NCBI GenBank assembly: GCA_026397015.1
Contig: JAPLVR010000003.1
Location: 128,001 to 192,000 of the forward strand
Source: Candidatus Iainarchaeum sp.
GTDB taxonomy: Archaea > Iainarchaeota > Iainarchaeia > Iainarchaeales > JAAZKV01
DNA length: 64,000 nucleotides
Direction: 5' to 3'
Shown: one piece after another, positions 48,561 to 58,500 of the stretch
Layout: each line of letters begins with the position of its first letter
How positions within the stretch are numbered: the stretch's first letter is position 1
Position numbers and translations under genes: made by a program
The notes under the pieces: model-generated
What the model saw: the letters and a program-made list of their open reading frames with translations, nothing else
What the model was told of the DNA's origin: nothing
Databases searched by the model: none

Positions 48561-48669
48561 GTTTGAAAAAACATTGCCGTTTAAAAATATATTTATTTAT
48601 ACATAACATATTCGAGTTTGGAATATAGGTTGAAACAACCTTAATCCGATCGGGGTATTTTTTTCTTAA

Positions 48670-48822
48670 TGGGGCATGGGGGGATTGAACCCCCGCCTGA
48701 CGCTTGTTCTCGCCTTTCGCCAGCCGCTACAACGCTACTGCAAGTAGCGCATCAGCGTAAATCGTTGTACACGGGCGAAACCGTGTCCCGAAGCGCCGAT
48801 CCTACCACTAGACTAATGCCCC
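48670..48822 (-). tRNA. tRNA-Pro(CGG) with 82-nt intron at 37/38 (48705..48786)
   Basis: GGGGCAT/ATGCCCC, GGCGC-TTCGGG|A-GCGTC, GGTTCAATCCC. Confidence 0.88.
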
Positions 48823-48846
48823 TTAAATAGAAAATTAATGATAAAA

Positions 48847-50328
48847 TTAATAAAAAGGAAGCAGGAAAACAATGCTGGCCAAATAAACGATGAACACCAA
48901 TTTTTCGTCATAATTTTCTTTGTTAATGAGGCAAAATTCCAGAGCTGCAAAAAACACAAGCGGCATTAAAAGCAGCGGATTATTGAAAATAAAATACGCC
49001 AAAAAATAAGCCGCAACAAAAAAAGTGCCGATTAAAAGCTTCGCGTTTTTCATTCCGAGAAGAACGGGGAGAGTTTTTATTCCGTTTTTTTTGTCCTCGT
49101 CCAAATCCTTAAGATCAATAAAATTTATTGCAAGCGAAACTCCAACGAGAAAGAAAACCGTTATTGAAAGGGGAAATGAAATTATTTGGTTACCAGCCAA
49201 AGAATACCCAAGGATTACAAGAATAAGGCTGTTAAGAGAAAGAAAAAATTTTGAAATAAAAGGAAACCTTTTCAACCTTAAGGGCGGAGCCGAATATATG
49301 AAAAAAATGCATGCCCCGAAAAGCAAAACGGCCGCGGAAAAAAAATTCGCAATTGCGGAATAAAAAAGCCCAAGCAGCAGGAAACCTCCGGCTAAACCTT
49401 CATTGGCCTTGCCGGCTTTCAACTCTGAATCCGCAACATCATTTAATATTGCAGAAGAAATTCCAACACAAAATATCCCAATTGGAATCAAAACGAACTG
49501 AAAAATATTTTCACCGGACAAAACAAAAACGCCGCTTTTGAGCCCAATAAAAACGCCCGCAAAAAACATCAATTCATAATGGACAAGGCGCAACCCTCCT
49601 TTGCCCCCTAATAACCAGAAAAATCTTTTTTTATCGGAAAAATAAAAAACCAGCGCGCCCAGCACAAAAATCAAAACCGCATAAATGCTTGAAAAAACGA
49701 TGTCCCAACTGTCAAGCAAATTTACCCCCAAAAAATCAGAAACAAATTTGAGAAAAAAAGGAACCAACAAAAAACAGAAACCGCAAACATAAATCAAAAA
49801 AATGCAAAAAAAACTTTTAATAAACCCTAATTTTTTTGAATAAAAATAAAAAAATGCGAAAAGCAGCGCAACCAGTGCAACAAGCTTTATTCCGGGCGTC
49901 ATGCCCGCGGGCGCGAAGCCTCCTCCAAAAGTAAAAAATCTGATTAAAATATCATTATGGATGTCGGGCAAAAGATAGGATATTGTGAACCCCTTGCCGC
50001 CGCTCAGAATAATATCCACAATCGGGGCAAAAATTATCAGCGTAAAAAAAGGCAGAATGGTTCGTGCTATTTTTTTTATTTCAACCCCTGTAAAAAAGCG
50101 GAAAAACAAAACCAGCACAAGAAAAAGCGCGGCATAATAAAGATAGAAGTGCAGGAACATCCACGTATCCAATTTGGCGCCGCTGAACAGGACCTCGAGG
50201 AAATTTCTCAAAGTTACTGAAACAAAAAAAATAAGAATTAAATAAACGAAAGGCACTTTTGAATTTTCAAGCTTTTCTACAAAACGCTTCAAATTTTTTA
50301 TGCCTTTCCTTCTGTGTCTTTCCATCAT
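48847..50328 (-). CDS. UbiA-family prenyltransferase with extra N-terminal TM region
   Basis: NDVAD, YSAPPLRLK, DLKDLDED..NGIKTLP. Confidence 0.85.
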   Translation of the reverse strand: MMERHRRKGIKNLKRFVEKLENSKVPFVYLILIFFVSVTLRNFLEVLFSGAKLDTWMFLHFYLYYAALFLVLVLFFRFFTGVEIKKIARTILPFFTLIIFAPIVDIILSGGKGFTISYLLPDIHNDILIRFFTFGGGFAPAGMTPGIKLVALVALLFAFFYFYSKKLGFIKSFFCIFLIYVCGFCFLLVPFFLKFVSDFLGVNLLDSWDIVFSSIYAVLIFVLGALVFYFSDKKRFFWLLGGKGGLRLVHYELMFFAGVFIGLKSGVFVLSGENIFQFVLIPIGIFCVGISSAILNDVADSELKAGKANEGLAGGFLLLGLFYSAIANFFSAAVLLFGACIFFIYSAPPLRLKRFPFISKFFLSLNSLILVILGYSLAGNQIISFPLSITVFFLVGVSLAINFIDLKDLDEDKKNGIKTLPVLLGMKNAKLLIGTFFVAAYFLAYFIFNNPLLLMPLVFFAALEFCLINKENYDEKLVFIVYLASIVFLLPFY

Positions 50329-50391
50329 AACCGAAATATAATCTCAAACCTATTATTTAAATCCTTTCCGCGCCAAAAATACGTTGATTAA

Positions 50392-51123
50392 ATGAAAAGT
50401 GGAAAAAAGAAGAAGGGAAAAAAACTTTCGGCCGAAGGGTTTGAGCCAAAAGGAATAAGAAAAGTTTTCAGTGAAAGACCGGGCTTGGCGGTTGCCGCAG
50501 CGATTTCTGCGGTAGTTATTGTTCTGTTCATAGCTTTGCTGATTTCGAACCCGCTTGCAAGCAGGGAGGAACTAGCCTATGCCGGCGCCGTTTTTGAAGA
50601 GAACCAAGCGACAATTAGCGACTATTTAACCCAAATCGACGAAGAACTAAAAACAGATTACACAAACACTCTTGACGACGATTACCTTTATTCGTTAAAA
50701 GCGGATCTTGAATGGCTAAAACAAAAGGAAATTAGTGCACACAGTTCGCCGCAAAAAAAAGAGGTTTACCTGAAAGAAATTGCCTTCAGCGCTTTGCTCG
50801 AAATGATAATGCAGGTAAATCAGAACATAGCAATTGACATTGGAAACCCGGATTATGATTCGATCATTTCTCTCGCACTGTCAACAGATACAAATTCAAT
50901 TGAATTGTTTTTGGCAGAGGATTTTAATGACTCAATAAATCCGAAAGAATACGCAATTAAAACAAACGAAATATTAAATCAGCTTCTGAAAGAATATGTT
51001 GCCGAAAAGAAGGTTTTAATCGGGAGTGACGCCTCGATTGAGAGAAGATACGTGGAAGCAAAAAAAATAATCCAAATAGGCTACATTAATTTTGATTATT
51101 CGGAATATTCGGAGTTCGAATAA
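50392..51123 (+). CDS. Hypothetical single-TM protein
   Basis: Basic N-terminus, TM, acidic helical domain. Confidence 0.7.
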   Translation: MKSGKKKKGKKLSAEGFEPKGIRKVFSERPGLAVAAAISAVVIVLFIALLISNPLASREELAYAGAVFEENQATISDYLTQIDEELKTDYTNTLDDDYLYSLKADLEWLKQKEISAHSSPQKKEVYLKEIAFSALLEMIMQVNQNIAIDIGNPDYDSIISLALSTDTNSIELFLAEDFNDSINPKEYAIKTNEILNQLLKEYVAEKKVLIGSDASIERRYVEAKKIIQIGYINFDYSEYSEFE

Positions 51124-51755
51124 GCCAATATTGCATTTAAATCGCTTATTGATATTTCTCCAACCGCCTCTTCATTTAAGAAAAGCCTTCCATTTTTTGG
51201 AGGCGTTTTCCACACGCCCTCGAACCCGTTCTTGTCTATTTTTTTGAAATATTTTTGCACGGTTCTGAACTGTTTCCTGTTTTCTTTCAGGTTTTTGCAG
51301 CCGGCTTCCCCAAGCCTGTAAAGCCCGCAAAAGGGATAACTTTCCCTATATCCCGGAAGAACAATGAATGGAAAAAGTTTGCACACTTCCGGCCTGGCGG
51401 AATAAATTTTGCAGCTGTTGCCCCTCAAAAGAAACGAGCACCTTTTCCCGTTTCTTTTCAATGCAATCTGCGGGAGAACGAAAAAACTCTGCGGGGAAAA
51501 ACCCAATTTTTTCTCAATCGATTTGTAAATTTTTTTCGGAAAAAAAGTTGAAGGGCACGTAAGAAGGCCCGGCACGGTTTTTGGAAAAACCTTCACCGAC
51601 AAAACACAGTTTTTTTCCAAAAAATCATTTTCAGAAACCTTGAGAAATTTGGAAATTCTTTTTGATTCTTCGGGAAGGATTGTTATCCAATAGCGCCTGC
51701 AGCACTCGCCGCACGCGAGGCAGATTCGGCTTTTTTTCTTTTTGTCCAGTTTCAT
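51096..51755 (-). CDS. YkgJ-family (CxxCxxCC) Fe-S/Zn cluster protein
   Basis: CLACGECC, C.FL...C.IY..RP..C..FPF. Confidence 0.85.
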   Translation of the reverse strand: MKLDKKKKSRICLACGECCRRYWITILPEESKRISKFLKVSENDFLEKNCVLSVKVFPKTVPGLLTCPSTFFPKKIYKSIEKKLGFSPQSFFVLPQIALKRNGKRCSFLLRGNSCKIYSARPEVCKLFPFIVLPGYRESYPFCGLYRLGEAGCKNLKENRKQFRTVQKYFKKIDKNGFEGVWKTPPKNGRLFLNEEAVGEISISDLNAILAYSNSEYSE

Positions 51756-51874
51756 TGAAAAATCTCTGCTGAGAAGATTTTAAAAAGCAAAAGACAGTAC
51801 TGCCGATGCGAGAAAAATTCCCTTAATTGCAAATATTTATTAAGGACTTAAATCAACCTTTTAATGCAATTTTT

Positions 51875-52387
51875 ATGGTTGACAAGGAAAATGTCGTTCC
51901 AACGATAAAGCAATATCCGTTGGAGAGAGTAAAGATACTGAAAAAGTTTATCGCGAGCGAAATAGGCTATTTGATATGGGGAATCATATTTGCCGGATTA
52001 ACCGTCCTTTTGTCGCTCGCGCCAATAATCTCGGGAATTTCTACAATATTGATTATGTCAATCGTTGTTTTGTTTTTGCTGATAACGGCTATCAACTGGT
52101 GGTATCAAACGAAATATTATGAGACCTATTACTATGACATTAGGCAAAATTTTCTGGTCATAAAAAAAGGAGTTTTTATGCCGAGAGAAACCACCCTCCC
52201 ATTTGAGAAGCTGCAGGATGTTTATGTTGATCAAGACATTTTTGACAGAATCTTCAATCTGTGGGACCTGCACGTTTCAACCGCAACAATCATGTCAGGA
52301 ATGGAAGCGCACATTGACGGCGTAAATATTGGGAACGCCAACGTCATGCGCGAAATTCTGCTCGGAAAAATAAAAGAAACAAAATAG
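51875..52387 (+). CDS. bPH_2 (YdbS-like) membrane protein
   Basis: Two TMs, then IKKGVF...PFEKLQDVYVDQ; likely start MVDKE at 51875. Confidence 0.8.
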   Translation: MVDKENVVPTIKQYPLERVKILKKFIASEIGYLIWGIIFAGLTVLLSLAPIISGISTILIMSIVVLFLLITAINWWYQTKYYETYYYDIRQNFLVIKKGVFMPRETTLPFEKLQDVYVDQDIFDRIFNLWDLHVSTATIMSGMEAHIDGVNIGNANVMREILLGKIKETK

Positions 52388-52395
52388 GTTTTTTT

Positions 52396-53880
52396 ATGAC
52401 AATTGAAAACAGGGTTTTCCAGCCGAGCATGCTTAGCATTATTCCCGCGTTGGGCTTTGTCCTTTTTTTTCTTTTTATTTGGCTTTTCGGGCTGTTGATC
52501 TTTACCCCGCTCCTTTTTCTGCTCGTTTTTTTTGGCGCAGTAATCTTAATCGGCGGGATAGTTTATTTGAAAGTGAAAAACACATATATAGAAATAAAGG
52601 AGGACGGCATTCAGGTGAGAAAGGGAATTATTGCAAAATCACAATCCCTTTTCCTGTTCTCTAACATACAGGATGTCGATGAATCGCAGGGGCTTCTTGA
52701 AATTATTTTTGGACTGAAAACGCTTAGCATAAAAACGATGACTGCCGGTTCAATTCTTGGCGGAAACGTTTCGGGCCTAAGGCAGGACGATGCAAAGTTC
52801 ATAAGAGAATTTGTTCTGAATAGGATAAATGAGGATTCTTTGAAAAAATTAAAAAAGGAGAGCCCAAAAGTGTTTGAAAAAGCCGCAGCTGGTTCCGAAG
52901 CGGATGAAGAACTTGTCCTCAACCCGTGGCCTGTTCATTTCTTCAAGGCGACAGCGATACCTTACTTGTTTGCCATCATTTTCACAATCGTATGGTTTAC
53001 AGCAGGACTTTTTTTTCAGCCGCTAATGACACTTTTCTTTTATTTTATAATATACATCCTGTTTTTCATAGTAATTTCCCCAATCAGCCTCCTTATCAGA
53101 ACAATTTCCTTCAAGTACAAGCTTGGAAAAACAAGGATTGAAATAATTTCAGAATTTTTGTCATTTTACAGAAGCACCGTTCCGTTCTATAAAGTACAGG
53201 ACATAATCTTGAACAGAAGTCTTTTCGATAAAATTGTCGGCCTTGGCAACATAAGAATCGAAGCGGGTGAAATGACTGTTTATACAAAACAGGGGGGTTC
53301 AAATGTTTCCTTCAATATTATTCCTGCACTCGATTTCGGCAATGCGCTTAAGCTTAAAGATAAAATATTTGATTTTTTGTCGGTAAATTTGACTGAACTT
53401 GTGCCGGAAATCTCAAAACGATTTCCTCTTGAAAAAAGAAAAATTTTGAAAAAAACTATTGTAAGGTCCCTCTGGCTCGTGATTATCGCTGCAATTATCA
53501 TTGCATTAATAAGTGTCAGCCCTTACTTTGCTGTTTTCGCAGGCTTGATTGTTATGGCACTGATTTTACTCATTTTGATAATACTCATCCACCAGTGGCT
53601 GTACCTGAAAGGTTATTACTACAATGTCTCAATCGACGCAGTATTCATCAGAAAGGGCGTAATAAATTCAAACGAAATAATACTCCCTTTCAAGATGATT
53701 CAAAATGTATTTGTAGATCAGGATATTCTTGACAGGTTGTTCGGGCTTTATGACGTGCATATTTCAACCGTAACGAACACTTCTGCATTTTTATCCCATA
53801 TTGACGGCGTGAACAAAGAAAACGCGGAAAAAGTGAGGGACATCATTTCAAGATGTATGACTGAACAAAAAAACAAATAG
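52396..53880 (+). CDS. Membrane protein with three bPH_2 domains (YdbT-like)
   Basis: Three (2TM + G.....F..IQ.V) units. Confidence 0.82.
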   Translation: MTIENRVFQPSMLSIIPALGFVLFFLFIWLFGLLIFTPLLFLLVFFGAVILIGGIVYLKVKNTYIEIKEDGIQVRKGIIAKSQSLFLFSNIQDVDESQGLLEIIFGLKTLSIKTMTAGSILGGNVSGLRQDDAKFIREFVLNRINEDSLKKLKKESPKVFEKAAAGSEADEELVLNPWPVHFFKATAIPYLFAIIFTIVWFTAGLFFQPLMTLFFYFIIYILFFIVISPISLLIRTISFKYKLGKTRIEIISEFLSFYRSTVPFYKVQDIILNRSLFDKIVGLGNIRIEAGEMTVYTKQGGSNVSFNIIPALDFGNALKLKDKIFDFLSVNLTELVPEISKRFPLEKRKILKKTIVRSLWLVIIAAIIIALISVSPYFAVFAGLIVMALILLILIILIHQWLYLKGYYYNVSIDAVFIRKGVINSNEIILPFKMIQNVFVDQDILDRLFGLYDVHISTVTNTSAFLSHIDGVNKENAEKVRDIISRCMTEQKNK

Positions 53881-53969
53881 ACCATAAAAAGCTGACTAAG
53901 AAAATCTGCAAATGTAAAGTTTTAAAAAGTAATTAAGGCTCAATCTATTTAGATCCGAAAGGAATTGGA

Positions 53970-54737
53970 TTAATGTGTTTGCCAGAGTAGCTCAACGGTA
54001 GAGCTGCACTCTTGTAAAGTGCGGGTTGGGGGTTCAAATCCCTCCTCTGGCTCTAAAATGTGCTTAACCTTTCTAAGATGCTTTTCATTGGAAAAACCAA
54101 TTAATTCAACCCATTTCTTTATCTGCCCGTTGCCATAAATCACAATGTCATATCTGTCGTTCCAATCGGTTTTTGACTTGGAACAATAAATCGAAAAATC
54201 TGCCGAAAGGATCTCTTTTAATTGTGAAAATAAAGGCTTGCTGTATGTTACCAAATGTATTCTTCCGTATGGTTTTCTGTAAATATTTCTTTCGTCAATG
54301 TAAACGCATCCATCCGTATCGGCTATTCCTCTTATTGCTGCATAAATAAAACTTTTTTTAGAAACCAATATTTCTTCAGGTATTTTAACGGTTAGCGTTT
54401 TTTCTCCCGGGACAAATTCAAACCTTTCGGTCAGCAAAGAAAATGCGAACTTTGAATAAATATTTAGAATTATTGCATTTGAATCTTTTCTGAAACTTGG
54501 GTTGGCGGTTGCGCCAAAGAGTTTCCTAGCAAGTGGGGCAAGCCTGTTTACTAAATAATCCTTATCAAGATTAGCATCACCTGTGACGCTTATGTGATAG
54601 TTTGGCTTGCCGCTTTGTTTAGTGTAACCGCTGACGCATCCATCCCCAATAACCGCGCCAATAAATTCGCACAACTCTTCTGTCAATGGAAACTCATCAA
54701 CGGGCGTTTTTCCAAAATGATGCCCAGAAAATTCCAT
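53970..54737 (-). CDS. Free-standing two-motif LAGLIDADG homing endonuclease
   Basis: EFIGAVIGDG and AIRGIADTDG; IP..I; no intein splice motifs. Confidence 0.85.
   Translation of the reverse strand: MEFSGHHFGKTPVDEFPLTEELCEFIGAVIGDGCVSGYTKQSGKPNYHISVTGDANLDKDYLVNRLAPLARKLFGATANPSFRKDSNAIILNIYSKFAFSLLTERFEFVPGEKTLTVKIPEEILVSKKSFIYAAIRGIADTDGCVYIDERNIYRKPYGRIHLVTYSKPLFSQLKEILSADFSIYCSKSKTDWNDRYDIVIYGNGQIKKWVELIGFSNEKHLRKVKHILEPEEGFEPPTRTLQECSSTVELLWQTH
53981..54052 (+). tRNA. tRNA-Thr(TGT)
   Basis: GCCAGAG/CTCTGGC-T, GCACT-CTTGTAA-AGTGC, GGTTCAAATCC. Confidence 0.95.
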
Positions 54738-54784
54738 GCAATAAATTTATATTATTCGTCGGTTCTTAATGATTACGAGGCTTC

Positions 54785-54819
54785 CGTGCCGGTCGGGGGT
54801 TCGAATCCCTCCCGAGGCT
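54785..54819 (+). pseudogene. Orphan tRNA 3' half (Thr-like)
   Basis: CGTGC CGGTC GGGGG TTCGAAT CCCTC CCGAGGC T; no matching 5' half adjacent. Confidence 0.65.
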
Positions 54820-54832
54820 TTTTGTGATTTCG

Positions 54833-55177
54833 ATGCCGTTTAAAAGAAAAATCCCCGCGATAAATCAGGGGCAAGAAAAAATTTGGGAACTTAATTTTGC
54901 AAGCGGAAAAGGCGCGCAGGGGATTGCTTACGCTGAAATAAAAGAAAGCAATTCCCACTACCACAAAAAAATCACAGAACACTACTTCATATCGGGCGGC
55001 AGCGGAACAATAACAATAGACGGCAACATTGCGAAGGTTGGAAAAGGAGATTTAATTACAATAAAGCCAAACCAAGTTCATTCTGCAAAGGGCGGCTTTT
55101 TAGAGAAATTGGAAGTAGTTGTAATAAGCAGTCCCGCGTGGAAAAAGGAAGACCATTTTGTGGCCAAAAAAGGCTAG
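54833..55177 (+). CDS. Cupin-domain protein
   Basis: HYH...E.Y....G.G and GD...I.P...H. Confidence 0.85.
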   Translation: MPFKRKIPAINQGQEKIWELNFASGKGAQGIAYAEIKESNSHYHKKITEHYFISGGSGTITIDGNIAKVGKGDLITIKPNQVHSAKGGFLEKLEVVVISSPAWKKEDHFVAKKG

Positions 55178-55246
55178 AAAAAGTCGGCAAATTTTCAACC
55201 AAAAGAAAGCCTTTTATACTTCTGCAAGGGAATTATTTAGGTTCTT

Positions 55247-55441
55247 ATGGCTGAGAAAAGAGAGTCGAGGGAAATTCTTATAGGAATGGCTTCGCTGCTG
55301 GCCGGAAGCTATTTTGTGCTTTCCGGAATGGAAGTCATAGATATTCCATTCAGAATTTTTGAACAGGGGCTGAGCATTTTGCTTTCCGTTCTTTTGGTCG
55401 GGATAGGAGTTTACCTGCTTACAAAAAACACAAACAAATAG
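55247..55441 (+). CDS. Small two-TM protein
   Basis: 64 aa, two hydrophobic helices. Confidence 0.65.
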   Translation: MAEKRESREILIGMASLLAGSYFVLSGMEVIDIPFRIFEQGLSILLSVLLVGIGVYLLTKNTNK

Positions 55442-55517
55442 GCTCTGAAGGGAATTTTTTTATAAAAACCATTCGGGCAAAATTTCTTTTTCGCCAAACC
55501 CTATTTTTCTTCGAAAA

Positions 55518-58500
55518 TTATTTTATGCAGCCGGCTGAGAGCGAATCTTCCCTTGAGGAGAGGCTGTGCCCGTTGGAGGCATCAGCAGTTGAAAGGCTTC
55601 CTTCGTTCCAGAACAGCATTGCGCGGTTGCCCATATTCGAAATGCAGACATCGCCCTGTTTAACTGCATCGAACAAATCTTCAAGGCTAAAAATGCGGGA
55701 ATTGTTTGTCTCGTCGTTGAAAACCATTCCGCCAATTCCCTTAAGCGGAGCGGAATTTGCGTTGCTTCCCTGAAGAGTATGAAGCGAGGTTCCCTGAATC
55801 GGCTGAATCGAATATGATTCAGAAACTGGGGAATAAATGATTGTCTTGAAATAAATGTCGCCGCCCTGAACAGCCTCATCAAATTTGAGCCCGTAATATC
55901 CTCCAAACTTGGAATCCGGATAAAGGAAATAATTCTTTGCTGCGGAAGTTCCTGAAAAGTCCCTGCATTTTCCATTGCCGATTCCGGTTAAAAGCAAAAA
56001 GCCGGGGCTTGTTGAATTAATGTCTTTTGAGTCGCGCATGGGCTTGTAAAGCAGCTGCGCCTTTTCTCCCGAATTTGCGTGCGTTGAAACTATCAGCGGC
56101 GTTGCAAAAGAGGGTGCAAATGTTATGTATGAATTCGCATCGGTGCCGCCCTTCGGGTTGTACGCATACTTGTAATCAAAAAGCTTTCCTCTCATCGAAT
56201 TTAGGCTGTTTATTTCGAAAAGGCTTTTCGCGTTGCGGTAAGGAATATTCAAAAGGGCTGTTGAGCCTGATTCAATTATGCTTCCCTTATTGTCAACATT
56301 GAAATAATCGTCATTCCCGCCGGAAATTCCGAATCCGTAGCCGTCGCGCTTTGAAACGCCGCCAACAACTACAATTCCGTTTTTATCCGTTCCCGGAGAA
56401 TTTTGGTCCGCGACACCCGGCGAATTTGCGTCATAAACATTTCCATCCTCTGGGATAACATCTGTGGAACTTTCCATTCCTACTGCACCGTCAAAAGGGG
56501 AATAATAGAAGACGCTAAAAGAATCGTTGATTGGCTTTACAGGATAGAGTTGGAAAATTATTTTTGCGCTTGGCGCTCCTGAAGAAAAGAGCCCAGTGTC
56601 TTTCAAATCGGCAAGCAGTCTCACACTGTATTCTCCCGCATCGGGAACAACAAATCTGTCCGAAGCAGAGAAACCCGCGGCTTCTGAACTGTAATAACAA
56701 TTTGCACCCCTAAAATATTTTGCCATCCCCTTGTCGGAATCCGTAAATGAGGGGTGCGAAAGCAGTATTTTTGTAGTGTATTCTTTCGTGAAATCCTGCT
56801 GGAATTTTGTCCCGAAACCATCCTTCATCAATTTGACGTTGAAATTCAAAATCTTTTCAAATTCGTCTGCATTGCCTGAAACGAAATAATACAGCGCGGG
56901 CTTGCCGTCGTACAAGCGGGTGGTAAGAGGGAGGTAACACTTCGGCAAATCTTTTGGTAAGTATTCACTCGGCTTTACGATTTGCAGCACTTCAAGAGAA
57001 GGATTTGGCGGACAGGAAGCGGAAATGCTTTTCAGCGCCTCATCAAATGCGGTAAGTTTTTTGCTCAAAACAATTGACATTTGGGCGGCGTCCAAATACT
57101 TTGAATCATCAAACCCATCCCATTTCCACGAGAGATTTATATTCGGGAGGGCGTCCTTTCCTTCCGCGCCCCTAGTTAAACCGTTTGAACAGCTGCCAAG
57201 TTTCAATCCTGTTGCGGCTTCAACCCTTGGCGCAGCATTAAATTTGAAATGGAATTTTTTTGAAACGGTTTCGGTCGAGGCATCCGGAATATTGAAAGGG
57301 CCGAAAGGCTGGCCGTCAATTTTCACAATTTCGCCGCCTTCTTCATTACCGCTGCTTTTTGGTTTCTCTTTCACAGTAGTTACGGTAAGTCCTGAATCAT
57401 CGCCTTCTGTTGAAGAAGAAGTGCTTGAATCTGCGCCGTTTCCATCAGTGCTTTCTGCCAGCGGACCGTGAATGTGCTTCGTTGCATTCAAAGTAACTGT
57501 CCCGTAACCGTTTTTCACCAAACCATTATTTGAGAAAATTACGCCGACTTCCTGCTTCTCAAAAACATCAAACATTTTCGCATCGCTGAAACTCCAAGTC
57601 GCGCCGACGCCCTCATTTGAAACCCCTATCGGCTTGCCGTCCTTCACCAAATTAATTACGTAATCAGTTAAACCCAAATCAATTCTGTTGGCGCAATCCT
57701 GAGTAAAAGACTTGTTTAATCCTTCTGTGAAATTGGCCGCCTCATCCTCTGCGCTTGTTGAATCACTGCTGCCGGAATCGCCCGCAAGCAAAATTTTATT
57801 TGAATTAAATTTATTAGTTTGGGAAGAGGTGCCTATGTTGCCGGTATTCAAGCCTGTGCCCGTTCCGGTTAAAGCCGTTCCGGTGTCCGCGGTCGTGTAA
57901 ACGCCGCCTTCATATGCGCCTGCGATGTAGCCGTGCGAAACTGCGGAAGCGATTAAACCAGCCAATCTTTTTTTGTTGTAAGAAGAATCCGCGAAGTTGG
58001 CGCTGGAATAAGTTGCAGCATCACTTGAAGCTTTTTCATCATTTGAAAGCTCGCCCGCCGCAATTATTGCCGCATCAAGAGAATCAATTGCTTTTTGCTG
58101 CACATCAATCACATCTCCATAAGTTGAAATCGTTGATTCATACGCCGATTTGGCGCCGTCAATGTCTGCGCCGGTATCTTTCATCATATTTAAAAATACT
58201 GCAAATACGTCTCCTGCTGTAACAAGAATATCCAAGGTGCTTGTCACCATTTCAAGTGTTAAGCCACTGCTAATCGAAGCAAGTTTCGTCCTTAAAGCAG
58301 GATCAGAACCACCAACACCTGTGATTAAAAGACACTTCGCATATGCCGCCGCACACTTTTCGTCGCCGCTGCACTTTAAACATTCTGTCGCAATAACAGT
58401 AATTCCTCCGGTTCCGGTAGCCACTACCATTTCTGCTTGGGCACTCCCAATAGCGGTATGTGCAGTGTAAAGTTCAGACAATCTCGCCACATACAACACC

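Larger units (their letters stand above)
34651..48658. mobile_element. ~14 kb integrated element (integrative plasmid or satellite-like defence island)
   Basis: 13-bp direct repeat CCGATCGGGGTAT at 34651..34663 (tRNA 3' end) and 48646..48658; integrase at the left end; visibly more AT-rich accessory genes. Confidence 0.9.

Noticed and set aside
34651-48658. Provirus
   Set aside because: No capsid, terminase, portal or packaging ATPase recognised, although the unknown ORFs prevent full exclusion.
54773-54779. TTACGAG as an inverted Thr(CGT) anticodon loop
   Set aside because: No stem closes it on the minus strand, and most of it is explained by the CGAGGCTT direct repeat; treated as probable coincidence.
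53981-54819. tRNA-Thr with a LAGLIDADG-encoding intron
   Set aside because: The tRNA is already complete, the distal acceptor strand does not pair with its 5' strand, and the ORF is antisense.
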